Shown: positions 9,537 through 17,815, counted from the first letter of the stretch. The stretch: 32,000 nucleotides of DNA from Desulfobulbus propionicus DSM 2032 (GCF_000186885.1 NC_014972.1:3600001-3632000); one strand, 5' to 3'. Made by a program: numbers and translations. Notes: generated from the sequence alone by a model not told the origin.

Positions 9537-10541
9537 TCAGTTGGAAATGGACAATCTTGCCGTTTGCAGTAAGGACTCCGAAGGAGCCGTATTGTCTTTT
9601 TGAGAGAGCATCGGGTTTGCCGACGGCGCCCGAAGCCGTTTTGTCTTCCTCAGTTCTCTGGCCGCTTCCAGTTTCCGGTCCCGCTCTTTGAAAATTTCCT
9701 GCTCCCTGCCACTGAGCTTGTCCACTGGAGCCACGTAGCCAATGGCGCTATGCAGCCGGACGTTGTTGTAGTGGGCAATGAACTTCTCCACCATCCTCGG
9801 GGCGTCGTCAAGGGAAAGCGGTACGCCGGGGCGAATGCACTCTCCCTTGATGGTGGCATGAAATCGCTCCAACTTGCCGTTGGACTGCGGATAGTACGGT
9901 GATGTCCGCACGTGCGTCATGCCGGAGAGCCGGATGAATTCCTTGAAATCCTTGGCAATGAATTGCGGGCCGTTATCGGAGATGATCCGAGGCCGGGCTT
10001 CGGGGTATTTCTCCTTGGCCCGTTGGACAATGATCTCCACATCCTGCTCCGTCATCTGCTCCCGGATCTCCCAATGAACGATGAAACGGCTGCAGCCGTC
10101 GAGCAGGCTGCATAGATAATAAAAGGTGCCGCAGATATTGAGATGTGACACATCGATATGCCAATGTTCATGAGGACGAAGCGGTTGCACGAAGCCATTT
10201 CCCTTGGCGCTGTTTTTTCGGTTCCACTTCTTGAGCAAACCGGCCTTGGCCAAGACTCGCCAGGTACTACTCGGACTGACGGCAACAATGTCCCGATCAA
10301 GCATCATGAACGTCAACCGCCGATACCCTTCCAGGGGATGATCGAGCGCAAACCGGATGATGGCCTCCTGCTCCCAGGACTCCAGCCAGAAGTCACGAGG
10401 GATTAGACCGTTATGTTCGTTTGCCTTGCCGCAACGGCCAATCCAGGCGTAAAATTTACTCCGCGCCACGCCAAGCCAGACGATGAGCCTGTTGGTGGGT
10501 ATTTCTGCTTTTGCACTCCACCGGCGACTGAAATCAACCAC
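9537..10541 (-). CDS. IS3-family transposase OrfB (rve/DDE integrase core), expressed as an OrfAB fusion by -1 frameshifting
   Basis: HWHIDVSHL, ISDNGPQFIAKDF and YNNVRLHSAIGYVAP motifs. The -1 frame is open from the A7 site (10595-10601) and reads KKRTWGALNGGWVPHDTRDAVVDFSRRW... Confidence 0.9.
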   Translation of the reverse strand: MVDFSRRWSAKAEIPTNRLIVWLGVARSKFYAWIGRCGKANEHNGLIPRDFWLESWEQEAIIRFALDHPLEGYRRLTFMMLDRDIVAVSPSSTWRVLAKAGLLKKWNRKNSAKGNGFVQPLRPHEHWHIDVSHLNICGTFYYLCSLLDGCSRFIVHWEIREQMTEQDVEIIVQRAKEKYPEARPRIISDNGPQFIAKDFKEFIRLSGMTHVRTSPYYPQSNGKLERFHATIKGECIRPGVPLSLDDAPRMVEKFIAHYNNVRLHSAIGYVAPVDKLSGREQEIFKERDRKLEAARELRKTKRLRAPSANPMLSQKDNTAPSESLLQTARLSISN

Positions 10542-10576
10542 GGCATCGCGGGTGTCATGGGGAACCCAACCGCCAT

Positions 10577-10885
10577 TCAGAGCTCCCCAAGTTCTTTTTT
10601 TAACTGGATATGCTCCTCCAGCAGTTCCGAAAGCACTTCATGTTTCCGGCGCAATTTCTCCTCAAGCTCACGAATGCGCTTCTCCTCCGCCTGCTGTTTG
10701 CTCTTTCCTTCACGGGCAAACGCTGAAGCCCCTTTTTCAAAGAACTGCTTCTGCCAATCGTAAAAAATCTTCGGCTGCAATTGGTATTCGTCGCACAAAT
10801 CCGAAACCGCCTCTCGGCCAACCAAGTGCCGTTTCAGGATAAAGACCTTCTCTTCAGGGCTGTAGTTGTGACGCTTCTTTCGCAT
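10577..10885 (-). CDS. IS3-family transposase OrfA (HTH)
   Basis: GGAGG precedes the ATG at 10885. MRKKRHNYSPEEKVFILKRHL... HTH plus leucine-zipper-like tail, ending just after the slippery site. Confidence 0.9.
   Translation of the reverse strand: MRKKRHNYSPEEKVFILKRHLVGREAVSDLCDEYQLQPKIFYDWQKQFFEKGASAFAREGKSKQQAEEKRIRELEEKLRRKHEVLSELLEEHIQLKKELGEL
10595..10601 (-). promoter_or_regulatory. Programmed -1 ribosomal frameshift heptamer (A AAA AAA) of the IS3 element
   Basis: A T7 run on the + strand at 10595-10601, inside the orfA/orfB overlap. Confidence 0.7.
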
Positions 10886-10955
10886 GGACTTCCCTCCGTT
10901 CATGATGGTTTATCATAAACGGCAGGATTGTCCTATTCCTGTTGAACCAAGACAA

Positions 10956-11891
10956 CTACCCTTCAAGAAAGAAATCCGAATCAATTCTTTTCACGTCATA
11001 CCGCTCAATCGTCGCAACACCCAGATCATAGTCAATCATCAGGTCAACCAGCTTGTTCCCATCAATGAGCACCACTCGTGGATCGATGGTCGCCACATAT
11101 TGCTCCGCATCTCTCGTAAAACTGGAAGTTGTGATAAAGACACCTCTCTTGGCCCTCTGTCCGTGCAACGCGCCGACAAATTTTTGGATTTCGGGACGGC
11201 CCACAACACCTTGCCATCGCTTTGCCTGGATGTAAATGACATCAAGGCCGAGTTTGTCCTCCTTGATGATGCCGTCGATGCCTCCGTCACCGGTTTTGCC
11301 AACAGCCATTCCTGCATCTTTGATCGAACCACCGTATCCCATTCTCACGAGTAGTTTGATGACCAACTGTTCGAAAAATGCTGGTGAGTTGGCGGATATC
11401 AAAGAGAGCAGCTCAGCGGCCAAGTTCCCGCGCATTTCCTGGTAAGCGGCTTCGAAGGTTTCTTCAGGAGTGGCAATTTTCTCAGAATCGTCATTTGTAT
11501 CCGCTTTTGCATCTGCGCCACCGTTCTGCTGATGGAACGCCACGAATTCAGGATATTGCTTTAGGTGTTGAACGCGCAGTGTTACCGGCTTCGATGCCAG
11601 CAGCTCCTTGCCACGTTCAGTAATACAAAAGACTCCGCGTTTCGGGCTTTCCAGCAACAGTGCCTTGGCGAGATACGCACGCGCCCATGCAATCCGATTC
11701 TTATATACGGCCTGTTTTCCGCTGGGCAACATTTCAAGCATGTCGGCATCTGTCAGTTTGAAATGGTTTGCTAACGCCTCATAGGCTTCTTTCAGGCTAT
11801 GAACATTGCCGTCACTGGAGAGTTGGAGCATTGGCAAAAAGAACGACTGGAAATCCGGTACCGCCACAATTCTCCTCCTTTTGAAAGCCAT
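10956..11891 (-). CDS. mrr: Mrr-type restriction endonuclease (Mrr_N winged helix plus Mrr catalytic domain)
   Basis: 311 aa. N-terminal FLPMLQLSSDG...NRIAWARAYL; catalytic part GDGGIDGIIKEDKLGLDVIYIQAKRW; C-terminal ...KRIDSDFFLEG as in full-length Mrr. The IS3 end lies ~6 bp after the stop. Confidence 0.9.
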   Translation of the reverse strand: MAFKRRRIVAVPDFQSFFLPMLQLSSDGNVHSLKEAYEALANHFKLTDADMLEMLPSGKQAVYKNRIAWARAYLAKALLLESPKRGVFCITERGKELLASKPVTLRVQHLKQYPEFVAFHQQNGGADAKADTNDDSEKIATPEETFEAAYQEMRGNLAAELLSLISANSPAFFEQLVIKLLVRMGYGGSIKDAGMAVGKTGDGGIDGIIKEDKLGLDVIYIQAKRWQGVVGRPEIQKFVGALHGQRAKRGVFITTSSFTRDAEQYVATIDPRVVLIDGNKLVDLMIDYDLGVATIERYDVKRIDSDFFLEG

Positions 11892-12198
11892 CAGCTTAAA
11901 ACAACAACATTTTTTTATACAGGTTCATCCGCTTTTAGCAACGGCTATGTGAGATTTGGTCGGAATTAAAATCTTCCATAAAATGTCGTTGTTATAAAAT
12001 GCAGCAAAAGGATTGAGCTGTATCCAGCTTGAATCAATAGAGAAAATTTGACCAGTTCGCCAGAGGCTCATGACCTCCGAACGGCGATGAGGTCATAAGA
12101 CTCTGGAAAAACTGCCCACCTCCTCACGCGACAATAATCGTAAAAATATTCAATAATTTTATCCAGTTTTAATCACCCGTTCCATCTTCTATGTACCT

Positions 12199-12243
12199 GA
12201 TATTATCAACCACCTTCCGCGTAGACATTCTCCGCGCGGAGAA
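12199..12243 (+). promoter_or_regulatory. Upstream control region of acidic paralog A: GATATTATCAAC box plus 16-bp palindrome TTCTCCGCGCGGAGAA
   Basis: The box at 12199-12210 is repeated verbatim at 12722-12733 upstream of paralog B. The palindrome is at 12228-12243. Confidence 0.4.
12229..12242. repeat. Copy 1 of the 14-bp perfect palindrome TCTCCGCGCGGAGA
   Basis: Exact string; also found at 16003-16016 and 19788-19801. Confidence 0.95.
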
Positions 12244-12275
12244 CGGAAAAATCAAATCAACAGAGGATGTTAATT

Positions 12276-12599
12276 ATGGGAACGCACAAGTTTGAAGCCG
12301 ATGTCAACAAGCACATTTGGGATGATATTTCCGATGAAGTGTTCGAGGAATACCTGGAGCGAACATTCATCGCCAACATCATTGAAAATGCCATCTATGA
12401 AAATCGCGCTCGGTGGGATGTGCCGAGTGTTTTTCAGTGGTGGCGTGTTGGAAAATGTTTTGCGATGGCTGCATTTGCCGCCGGTGAGGTCATTGTCGAA
12501 ACGCCTCTCGGCACTCTTTGGGGTCGTCAAACGTGCGGGCAGCCAGTGTATCAGGATCTCAATGTTCAAGACATCTTGACTGCAATGCACAGCGCTTGA
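12276..12599 (+). CDS. Small acidic protein, paralog A (107 aa), unknown function
   Basis: GAGG lies 9 nt upstream of the ATG at 12276, the same layout as paralog B. About 16 D/E versus 8 K/R by my count. Shares the WW...AA..A.E(V/I)IV.TP.G..WGR motif with paralog B. Confidence 0.7.
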   Translation: MGTHKFEADVNKHIWDDISDEVFEEYLERTFIANIIENAIYENRARWDVPSVFQWWRVGKCFAMAAFAAGEVIVETPLGTLWGRQTCGQPVYQDLNVQDILTAMHSA

Positions 12600-12699
12600 T
12601 CGATCCACAAACGGACCGGCTGCTGAGCTAAAGTGGCCGATCCGTTGTCAGATTATTTCATTAAAAATTATTTGAATTTTATTTAGATAAAACAGCAGA

Positions 12700-12762
12700 T
12701 TGAGGCGTCTTCAGCTTATTAGATATTATCAACAATCTTTTGTGTGCGGACCTGTTGCGCAC
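12700..12762 (+). promoter_or_regulatory. Putative sigma70-type promoter and 5' UTR hairpin of paralog B
   Basis: TTGAGG (12700-12705), 18 nt, then TATTAT (12724-12729) inside the GATATTATCAAC box. Weak hairpin GTGCG/CGCAC (12744-12762). Confidence 0.4.
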
Positions 12763-12797
12763 GGAAGCAACATTCAATCTTTACCGAGGTATTAATT

Positions 12798-13133
12798 ATG
12801 ACAACTTTCGAATTATCTACTGCCGTTAAAAGTCATATTCTGTACAACGTGACTAGTCAGGTCATGCGTGAATTTGATGAAGAAACTGAATTAGCAACAG
12901 AAATAAATGGAACAATTGAAACCTTGGGTAACCCGGACACAAATTCTGCTGATTATGAATGGTGGCTCGTGTCCAGCGATTTTGCCTATGCTGCGATAGA
13001 AGCAGCGGAAATTATCGTTGTTACACCATATGGTGCCATATGGGGACGTGATCCTCACGGGCCATTATTAGCGCTCGATGAAATCGTACGAGAAATTATG
13101 AAAACTATTCATCAAGCTAACACGCAAAACTGA
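12798..13133 (+). CDS. Small acidic protein, paralog B (111 aa), unknown function
   Basis: GAGG precedes the ATG at 12798; the ORF-track start at 12744 has no RBS. About 18 D/E versus 5 K/R by my count. The C-terminal half aligns with paralog A. Confidence 0.7.
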   Translation: MTTFELSTAVKSHILYNVTSQVMREFDEETELATEINGTIETLGNPDTNSADYEWWLVSSDFAYAAIEAAEIIVVTPYGAIWGRDPHGPLLALDEIVREIMKTIHQANTQN

Positions 13134-13141
13134 CAGGTCGG

Positions 13142-13180
13142 CAGCCGGTATGGTTCACGATATCGGCTGTTGATTCATTT
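13142..13180 (+). terminator. Probable Rho-independent terminator after paralog B
   Basis: CAGCCGGTAT (13142-13151) pairs with ATATCGGCTG (13160-13169), with one G-U pair, followed by the T-rich TTGATTCATTTT. Confidence 0.55.
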
Positions 13181-13222
13181 TCTCCTCATCTTCTCTCCTC
13201 TGTTTCGTTTCCAGATATTTCC

Positions 13223-13332
13223 ATTTCAGGCACTGAAATACCGCCGACCGAACCCAAGCATGTGATTTACACCTCTGGAAATCACTGCTCGGTCGGCCTG
13301 ACACTTACCAGGTAACGACACGTACCTGTAAG
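13223..13332. other. Cluster of four inverted repeats upstream of the relaxase gene (oriT candidate)
   Basis: ATTTCAG/CTGAAAT (13223-13239). GCCGACCGA/TCGGTCGGC (13243-13297) enclosing GTGATTT/AAATCAC (13262-13285). CTTAC(C)AGGTA/TACCTGTAAG (13304-13332). Confidence 0.4.
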
Positions 13333-13372
13333 GGTCTGTTCACACTAATCTTTCATCACAACACCGCATCCA

Positions 13373-15328
13373 ATGGCTTCCACCAAAATCGCTAAGCTCT
13401 GGGTGAACCACGTCAGCATGACCGGTGATCCATCACGACACATGGCTTATCTCATAGACGGCCACCAACTAGCTCCAGACGGACGTCCGCAGATTTGGAC
13501 CAAATCGCTGCCGAAAAACTGCAAAACCGATAATGCAACGCTGGTTGCACACTGGCGTGGAATCCATGACCAGTTCCTGTCCGAACGTGCCACGCCTGGC
13601 AGCATGATTCACCACAACGCGAAAATCACCGTTCGACAGTTCGTTATCAACCTACCGAATTGCATCAGCGACGAGCAGGTGAACAAACTCGCAAAAGCAG
13701 TGCTTCAAGATTTTCCGCGCCACATTCCCGTATCAATGGTTCTGCACAAGACATCTAACCGAGGCAAACAACATACGCATTTGCAAGGGTTGTTTTCGTA
13801 TCGAAACGGTGGTTACGGAGCGATTAACGACGAATTCCGTCTCAACATCACCGGATTGATGAAATGGACCGTCAGGCGTGAGTTGACCAATCTCGGCTAT
13901 GAGGTTGACCAAGGCTCACCAGGGTGCGGGATCAATACCAAAGAACGCCGATGGCTCAACGCTCAAGGAACTGTTGAGCAACGACGTAACCCACGAATTA
14001 TGACAGCTCTTTCAGAAAAAGCAGAAAGCCCACGACTCAAAGCCTATTGTGCCAAACAAGCGGAAGTGATGACTGCTCGTGTTTCGTCACTATCTGTGTC
14101 CGTCGATGACACATTAAAAATTATGACCACGATGGAAACAATAACCGATCTTCTCGTTACCTATACTCAGCACGATAATTCCCAGCGGGGGCAATCCGGC
14201 GGTGATCAACCGCAGGCGGCTAATCAGCCTTTGACCCAGCAGCAATTAGAACTTGCACTCATGGAGTGCGAGAAAATGGCAGCATACGAAGAAAAATTCA
14301 AAGAATATCAAGTTTTAAAGCAGCGATCCCGCAATACGAACGTGCCTATAACCGTATTGATCAAATTTAAGGAGCGTCCCTTCCGGGCTCATTTAATTTC
14401 GTTGTACAGCAATGGATCACCACTGTCGGAGTTAGCCGAGTATGTGGCCATTTTCTATGGTGTTGTTGGATTGTCACCACAGACTTTGAGAAAAATCCTG
14501 CAAAGATGCGACAAGGAAGCATGGGCCGCAGCAACGGAAAGTTATCAAAATCACCGTCAAGTCAAGCCAAGTTGCAAGAACGCTCCCTCTCCACTTCAGG
14601 AGAATGAAATGCGACATCACATTACTTTTGACGGCCTGAGTATACTTGACGCCGGGAAATCGGTTCCCCCGATACAAATATCCCATGGTGACATCGGAAC
14701 TCCACCAGTACTCGATGGATCGGTCACGGATTATCTAGTCCGATGGCATCCAAGACTGAGGTCACTGGCTCTTGATTTCATCATGCGCCAGCATGCGCTA
14801 CTTTTTCCCTATGAGGACGGCGACGAAGCGCGTGCTCGACTGGAAACTTTGATGAGTGATCGGTGCGCGGTTCCAGTGCATGATGAGACAGCGCCCGATG
14901 GACTCTGGCGGCATGGTGATGCTCTCAGGCTGGAATTGGCATTAAAAGCTCCAGCGTTCAAGATCATTAATCATGATCCGAAATCATTAATCGAATTCGC
15001 GGTTACCGAGATGATTCGTAACGCTTACCGCCGGTTGCACGCGCTGGAGAAACCGCTGACGGAATGGTTCTTCTCAGTTTTCCTCCAGACATCGCAACCA
15101 ACGCAAATCCCGTTTGATGTGCTTTATACTCATGCAATTGAACAGACGCGTCCGACACCGGCGGAAGCATCAAAGATAATGAGGGAGAATGCCATCTTTT
15201 GGAAAGCCGAACTCCAATCGCTTGGCAACCAGTACCTGATGGCAACGGTGCCAGATCCTCGATTGATGACCTTGCAAAATGCAGCGCTTTATCAGCAATT
15301 AAAACGATTTCTCGGCGAGGAGACGTGA
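13373..15328 (+). CDS. MobA/MobL-like (MOBQ-type) relaxase-like protein with a long uncharacterised C-terminal region
   Basis: 651 aa. N-terminal Tyr in SRHMAYLIDG (Y26). AKITVRQFVINLPNCISDEQ resembles AR.....ALP.ELs.EQ. LHKTSNRGKQHTHLQGL resembles the HxDx(n)HxH histidine triad, with K where D is expected. No obvious RBS, so the start is uncertain. Confidence 0.6.
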   Translation: MASTKIAKLWVNHVSMTGDPSRHMAYLIDGHQLAPDGRPQIWTKSLPKNCKTDNATLVAHWRGIHDQFLSERATPGSMIHHNAKITVRQFVINLPNCISDEQVNKLAKAVLQDFPRHIPVSMVLHKTSNRGKQHTHLQGLFSYRNGGYGAINDEFRLNITGLMKWTVRRELTNLGYEVDQGSPGCGINTKERRWLNAQGTVEQRRNPRIMTALSEKAESPRLKAYCAKQAEVMTARVSSLSVSVDDTLKIMTTMETITDLLVTYTQHDNSQRGQSGGDQPQAANQPLTQQQLELALMECEKMAAYEEKFKEYQVLKQRSRNTNVPITVLIKFKERPFRAHLISLYSNGSPLSELAEYVAIFYGVVGLSPQTLRKILQRCDKEAWAAATESYQNHRQVKPSCKNAPSPLQENEMRHHITFDGLSILDAGKSVPPIQISHGDIGTPPVLDGSVTDYLVRWHPRLRSLALDFIMRQHALLFPYEDGDEARARLETLMSDRCAVPVHDETAPDGLWRHGDALRLELALKAPAFKIINHDPKSLIEFAVTEMIRNAYRRLHALEKPLTEWFFSVFLQTSQPTQIPFDVLYTHAIEQTRPTPAEASKIMRENAIFWKAELQSLGNQYLMATVPDPRLMTLQNAALYQQLKRFLGEET

Positions 15329-15331
15329 ATC

Positions 15332-16069
15332 ATGGCATCCAAAACAGCAGCAACTGATTTGAGCTACGAACAGCTCTTGGAAATGATCTCGGCTTTTCAG
15401 TGGATGCCGGAACTAAAGCGACTTCGGTTTGCGTTGGACCAAGACCGAGATAACGGCCCAGGAAATCCAATCTACGGTTGCCTGCATCATCTCGCGCCCG
15501 GTATCGAGCGGATGGAAAGGCGCGGATCATTGACCTGCCATGAAATTCATCTGTTTTTGATCGAATTGGCACAGCGATACGAGCTTGTGCAGCAGATCGA
15601 TGCGAAAAGCCTGGTCACGGAGGTCAACCGACTCGTGCAAACCCTTAGTGTCGATTTGGTCATGCTTGGTGTTGGAAATGCCTACGTGACCGGGTTCGTA
15701 TTGTTGCTCCGGTCACGAGCGCCTATCGAGTGGAATCGGTTTTGTGACTATGTTGAGAGGCAGGAATGGAAAGTCAACCTGTCGACCGTGGGTGCTCAAT
15801 CACCTGCGCCTTCGGAAACGATCATTAACGCCGAAGATGATGTTTCGATTGAACCGACGGTAACCGCGCCGAGCTTGAGGGGATTGGCTCGCGCATTTGA
15901 TAATCCAGAATTTGCAGCCTATGCGGATTCGGTTTTGAATGGTTGTCGAAGCCATAATCAGACCGAAGAAGATCAAGAAGGCATTGCAGAAAACAAGCTA
16001 AATCTCCGCGCGGAGACCGGCACCGGCAAATCCTATCAATGGCGATTCAAGAAATTTGGGTTACGGTAA
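15332..16069 (+). CDS. Hypothetical protein (245 aa) coupled to the relaxase gene
   Basis: The ATG lies 3 nt after the relaxase stop. No recognisable motif. Contains palindrome copy 2 near its 3' end. Confidence 0.55.
   Translation: MASKTAATDLSYEQLLEMISAFQWMPELKRLRFALDQDRDNGPGNPIYGCLHHLAPGIERMERRGSLTCHEIHLFLIELAQRYELVQQIDAKSLVTEVNRLVQTLSVDLVMLGVGNAYVTGFVLLLRSRAPIEWNRFCDYVERQEWKVNLSTVGAQSPAPSETIINAEDDVSIEPTVTAPSLRGLARAFDNPEFAAYADSVLNGCRSHNQTEEDQEGIAENKLNLRAETGTGKSYQWRFKKFGLR
16003..16016. repeat. Copy 2 of the 14-bp palindrome TCTCCGCGCGGAGA (inside a CDS, encodes ..LRAE..)
   Basis: Exact string match. Confidence 0.95.
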
Positions 16070-16150
16070 TTCATGTTTTGAAATATAAATTCGGCATGAT
16101 AGCATCAAGTTTATAATTAAAGATTAGCATCCCAGAGGACTCGTGCCGAT

Positions 16151-16432
16151 ATGACAAAATCTGATTTGATTCAGGCTTTAGCTGAGCAGATGAACTTACC
16201 CGTGAAGGACGCCAAATCCATCGTCGATACCATCATTGGTACGATGGTCGACGCGCTTGCGGAAGGTCGCGGAGTCGAGTTGCGAGGTTTTGGAAGTTTT
16301 CAGGTCCGAGAATATGAAGGCTATACTGGTCGAAATCCTAAGACAGGCGAACAGATCAAGGTGGCACCGAAAAAGCTGCCGTTCTTCAAGGTCGGCAAGG
16401 ACCTGCGGGACCGGATCAACAGCGAGCAGTAG
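16151..16432 (+). CDS. HU/IHF-family DNA-binding protein (IHF-beta-like)
   Basis: The 93-aa sequence MTKSDLIQALAEQ...VELRGFGSFQVREYEGYTGRNPKTGEQIKVAPKKLPFFKVGKDLRDRIN aligns along its full length with IhfB/HU. TATAAT at 16112-16117. Confidence 0.9.
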   Translation: MTKSDLIQALAEQMNLPVKDAKSIVDTIIGTMVDALAEGRGVELRGFGSFQVREYEGYTGRNPKTGEQIKVAPKKLPFFKVGKDLRDRINSEQ

Positions 16433-16458
16433 ATCAACAGGCATTGTGGTACACGAGT

Positions 16459-17190
16459 CTACTCGCGTGAACCAAAAGCCTTCGCACCATTCGGGCACGT
16501 CTTGACGCAAGCGCAGCACCTGATGCACAATTCTTTAGATGTCGATACGGGATTTTCTCTGTCAATAGCGCCAGTTGGGCAGACAAGAGCACATTCTCCA
16601 CATCGGGAACAAAGCGCCTCGTTCACCGATGGTGCTATGCTTGCCCGCATCTGAACCTCTTTGTACGGGAAATTCCCAGGGACGTAGAGGGGTTCATTTG
16701 GGATGTTACTCGCGGTCTGGATTTTCTTGAGAATGGCTTGTCCAAACGCGTGAGCTTTTACCATATCTTCAGTGTCAGGCTGATCAATGGCAATTGGCTT
16801 GTTAGAAGTAGAATAGGAATGCTCGCCGACAAATGCTCCGGCGGCAATGGGTTTGAAACCGGCCTCAATGGCAACATTCCTTAGCTCGATGAGTGCATCT
16901 TCGTAGGCCCGATTGCCGTAAACAACGATAAGGACAGCGGGCTTGCCGTTACCTTTTATTTGTTTAAACCGGGAGAGCATGACAGAAGGCAGTCTACCCG
17001 CGTAGACTGGTGCGCCGATAATTGCCACGTCTTGATTGAATTCTTGGCGCATCTGTCCGGTTGCACCTGGAGGAGTCAGGTCAAAATACTGCTTTGATGT
17101 CGGTTGCAGTCCTTGAGCAATACCCTCGACTATTTTCCTGGTCGTATTTGTTGGAGAAAAGAAGATCAGGCTCGTCGATTCGATATTCAT
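16459..17190 (-). CDS. Flavodoxin-like domain fused to a 2x[4Fe-4S] ferredoxin domain
   Basis: SLIFFSPTNTTRKI flavodoxin-type N-terminus. C-terminal CSRCGECALVCP and CIRCCACVKTCP cluster motifs. Confidence 0.8.
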   Translation of the reverse strand: MNIESTSLIFFSPTNTTRKIVEGIAQGLQPTSKQYFDLTPPGATGQMRQEFNQDVAIIGAPVYAGRLPSVMLSRFKQIKGNGKPAVLIVVYGNRAYEDALIELRNVAIEAGFKPIAAGAFVGEHSYSTSNKPIAIDQPDTEDMVKAHAFGQAILKKIQTASNIPNEPLYVPGNFPYKEVQMRASIAPSVNEALCSRCGECALVCPTGAIDRENPVSTSKELCIRCCACVKTCPNGAKAFGSRE

Positions 17191-17585
17191 ATTTGCCTCA
17201 AAATTTCAACTGGTCCTTTTCATTGTTTAACCAACAAATGTTGGGTGATTAACTGCGCGATACTTCCGTGCCATCGTCTCAATGTCGTGCTACATCGCAC
17301 CAGGCTGTTAATTTGATCTCACTATAACAAATAGCGTCAACGGTAGCGGTATGCGCTTCCACTGCTCCAAAAGCCCATAGCCGATGCCTGTATCGGGTCA
17401 CAATATTTAAATCCACGGCTAGCCGTTCTTCACGCTGCAAGTTTGATGTTTCCATAATCATTGCTCCAATTGCAGCATGGAGCGGCTTGAGATTCGCTTG
17501 GGGTTTTTTATTACGAGATATCTTGCGGTGATATTGGTTTTGGTCTGTAATTTATCGTAATAATATGAGAATTTTATTTCTTGAT

Positions 17586-17638
17586 CCGCATGGGAAACAT
17601 GCTTATTTATTTTACAAATAAGCATGTTTCCCATGCGG
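17586..17638. repeat. Perfect 23-bp inverted repeat with a 7-nt spacer
   Basis: CCGCATGGGAAACATGCTTATTT (17586-17608) and AAATAAGCATGTTTCCCATGCGG (17616-17638), in the 625-bp divergent intergenic region. Confidence 0.95.
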
Positions 17639-17815
17639 CATAACTCCTCTCTGTAAACCTTGCTTTTTTCTAAATTTCCTTTGTTTTTTCATTTAGTTGT
17701 GCCTGCCTAGGCCGCATCAAAGAGATTAATGTCACTCTGTCTGATGCACCGATCATGAGATCATTCGGCTCCCGTAGCTTGGCGATACCGGTTCATCGCT
17801 TGGAGAGTTTGACTT

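Larger units (their letters stand above)
9532..10949 (-). mobile_element. IS3-family insertion sequence, apparently intact (ends +/- 10 bp)
   Basis: orfA and orfB with an A7 slippery site. Subterminal inverted repeats GGACAATCTTGCCGTTT (9549-9565) and the reverse complement of 10917-10933 match 16/17. Confidence 0.85.

Noticed and set aside
17279-17461. 60-aa minus-strand ORF upstream of the flavodoxin gene, with GGAG near the second ATG
   Set aside because: It has no recognisable motif and is short, so it may be a gene remnant. The evidence is too weak to call a CDS.
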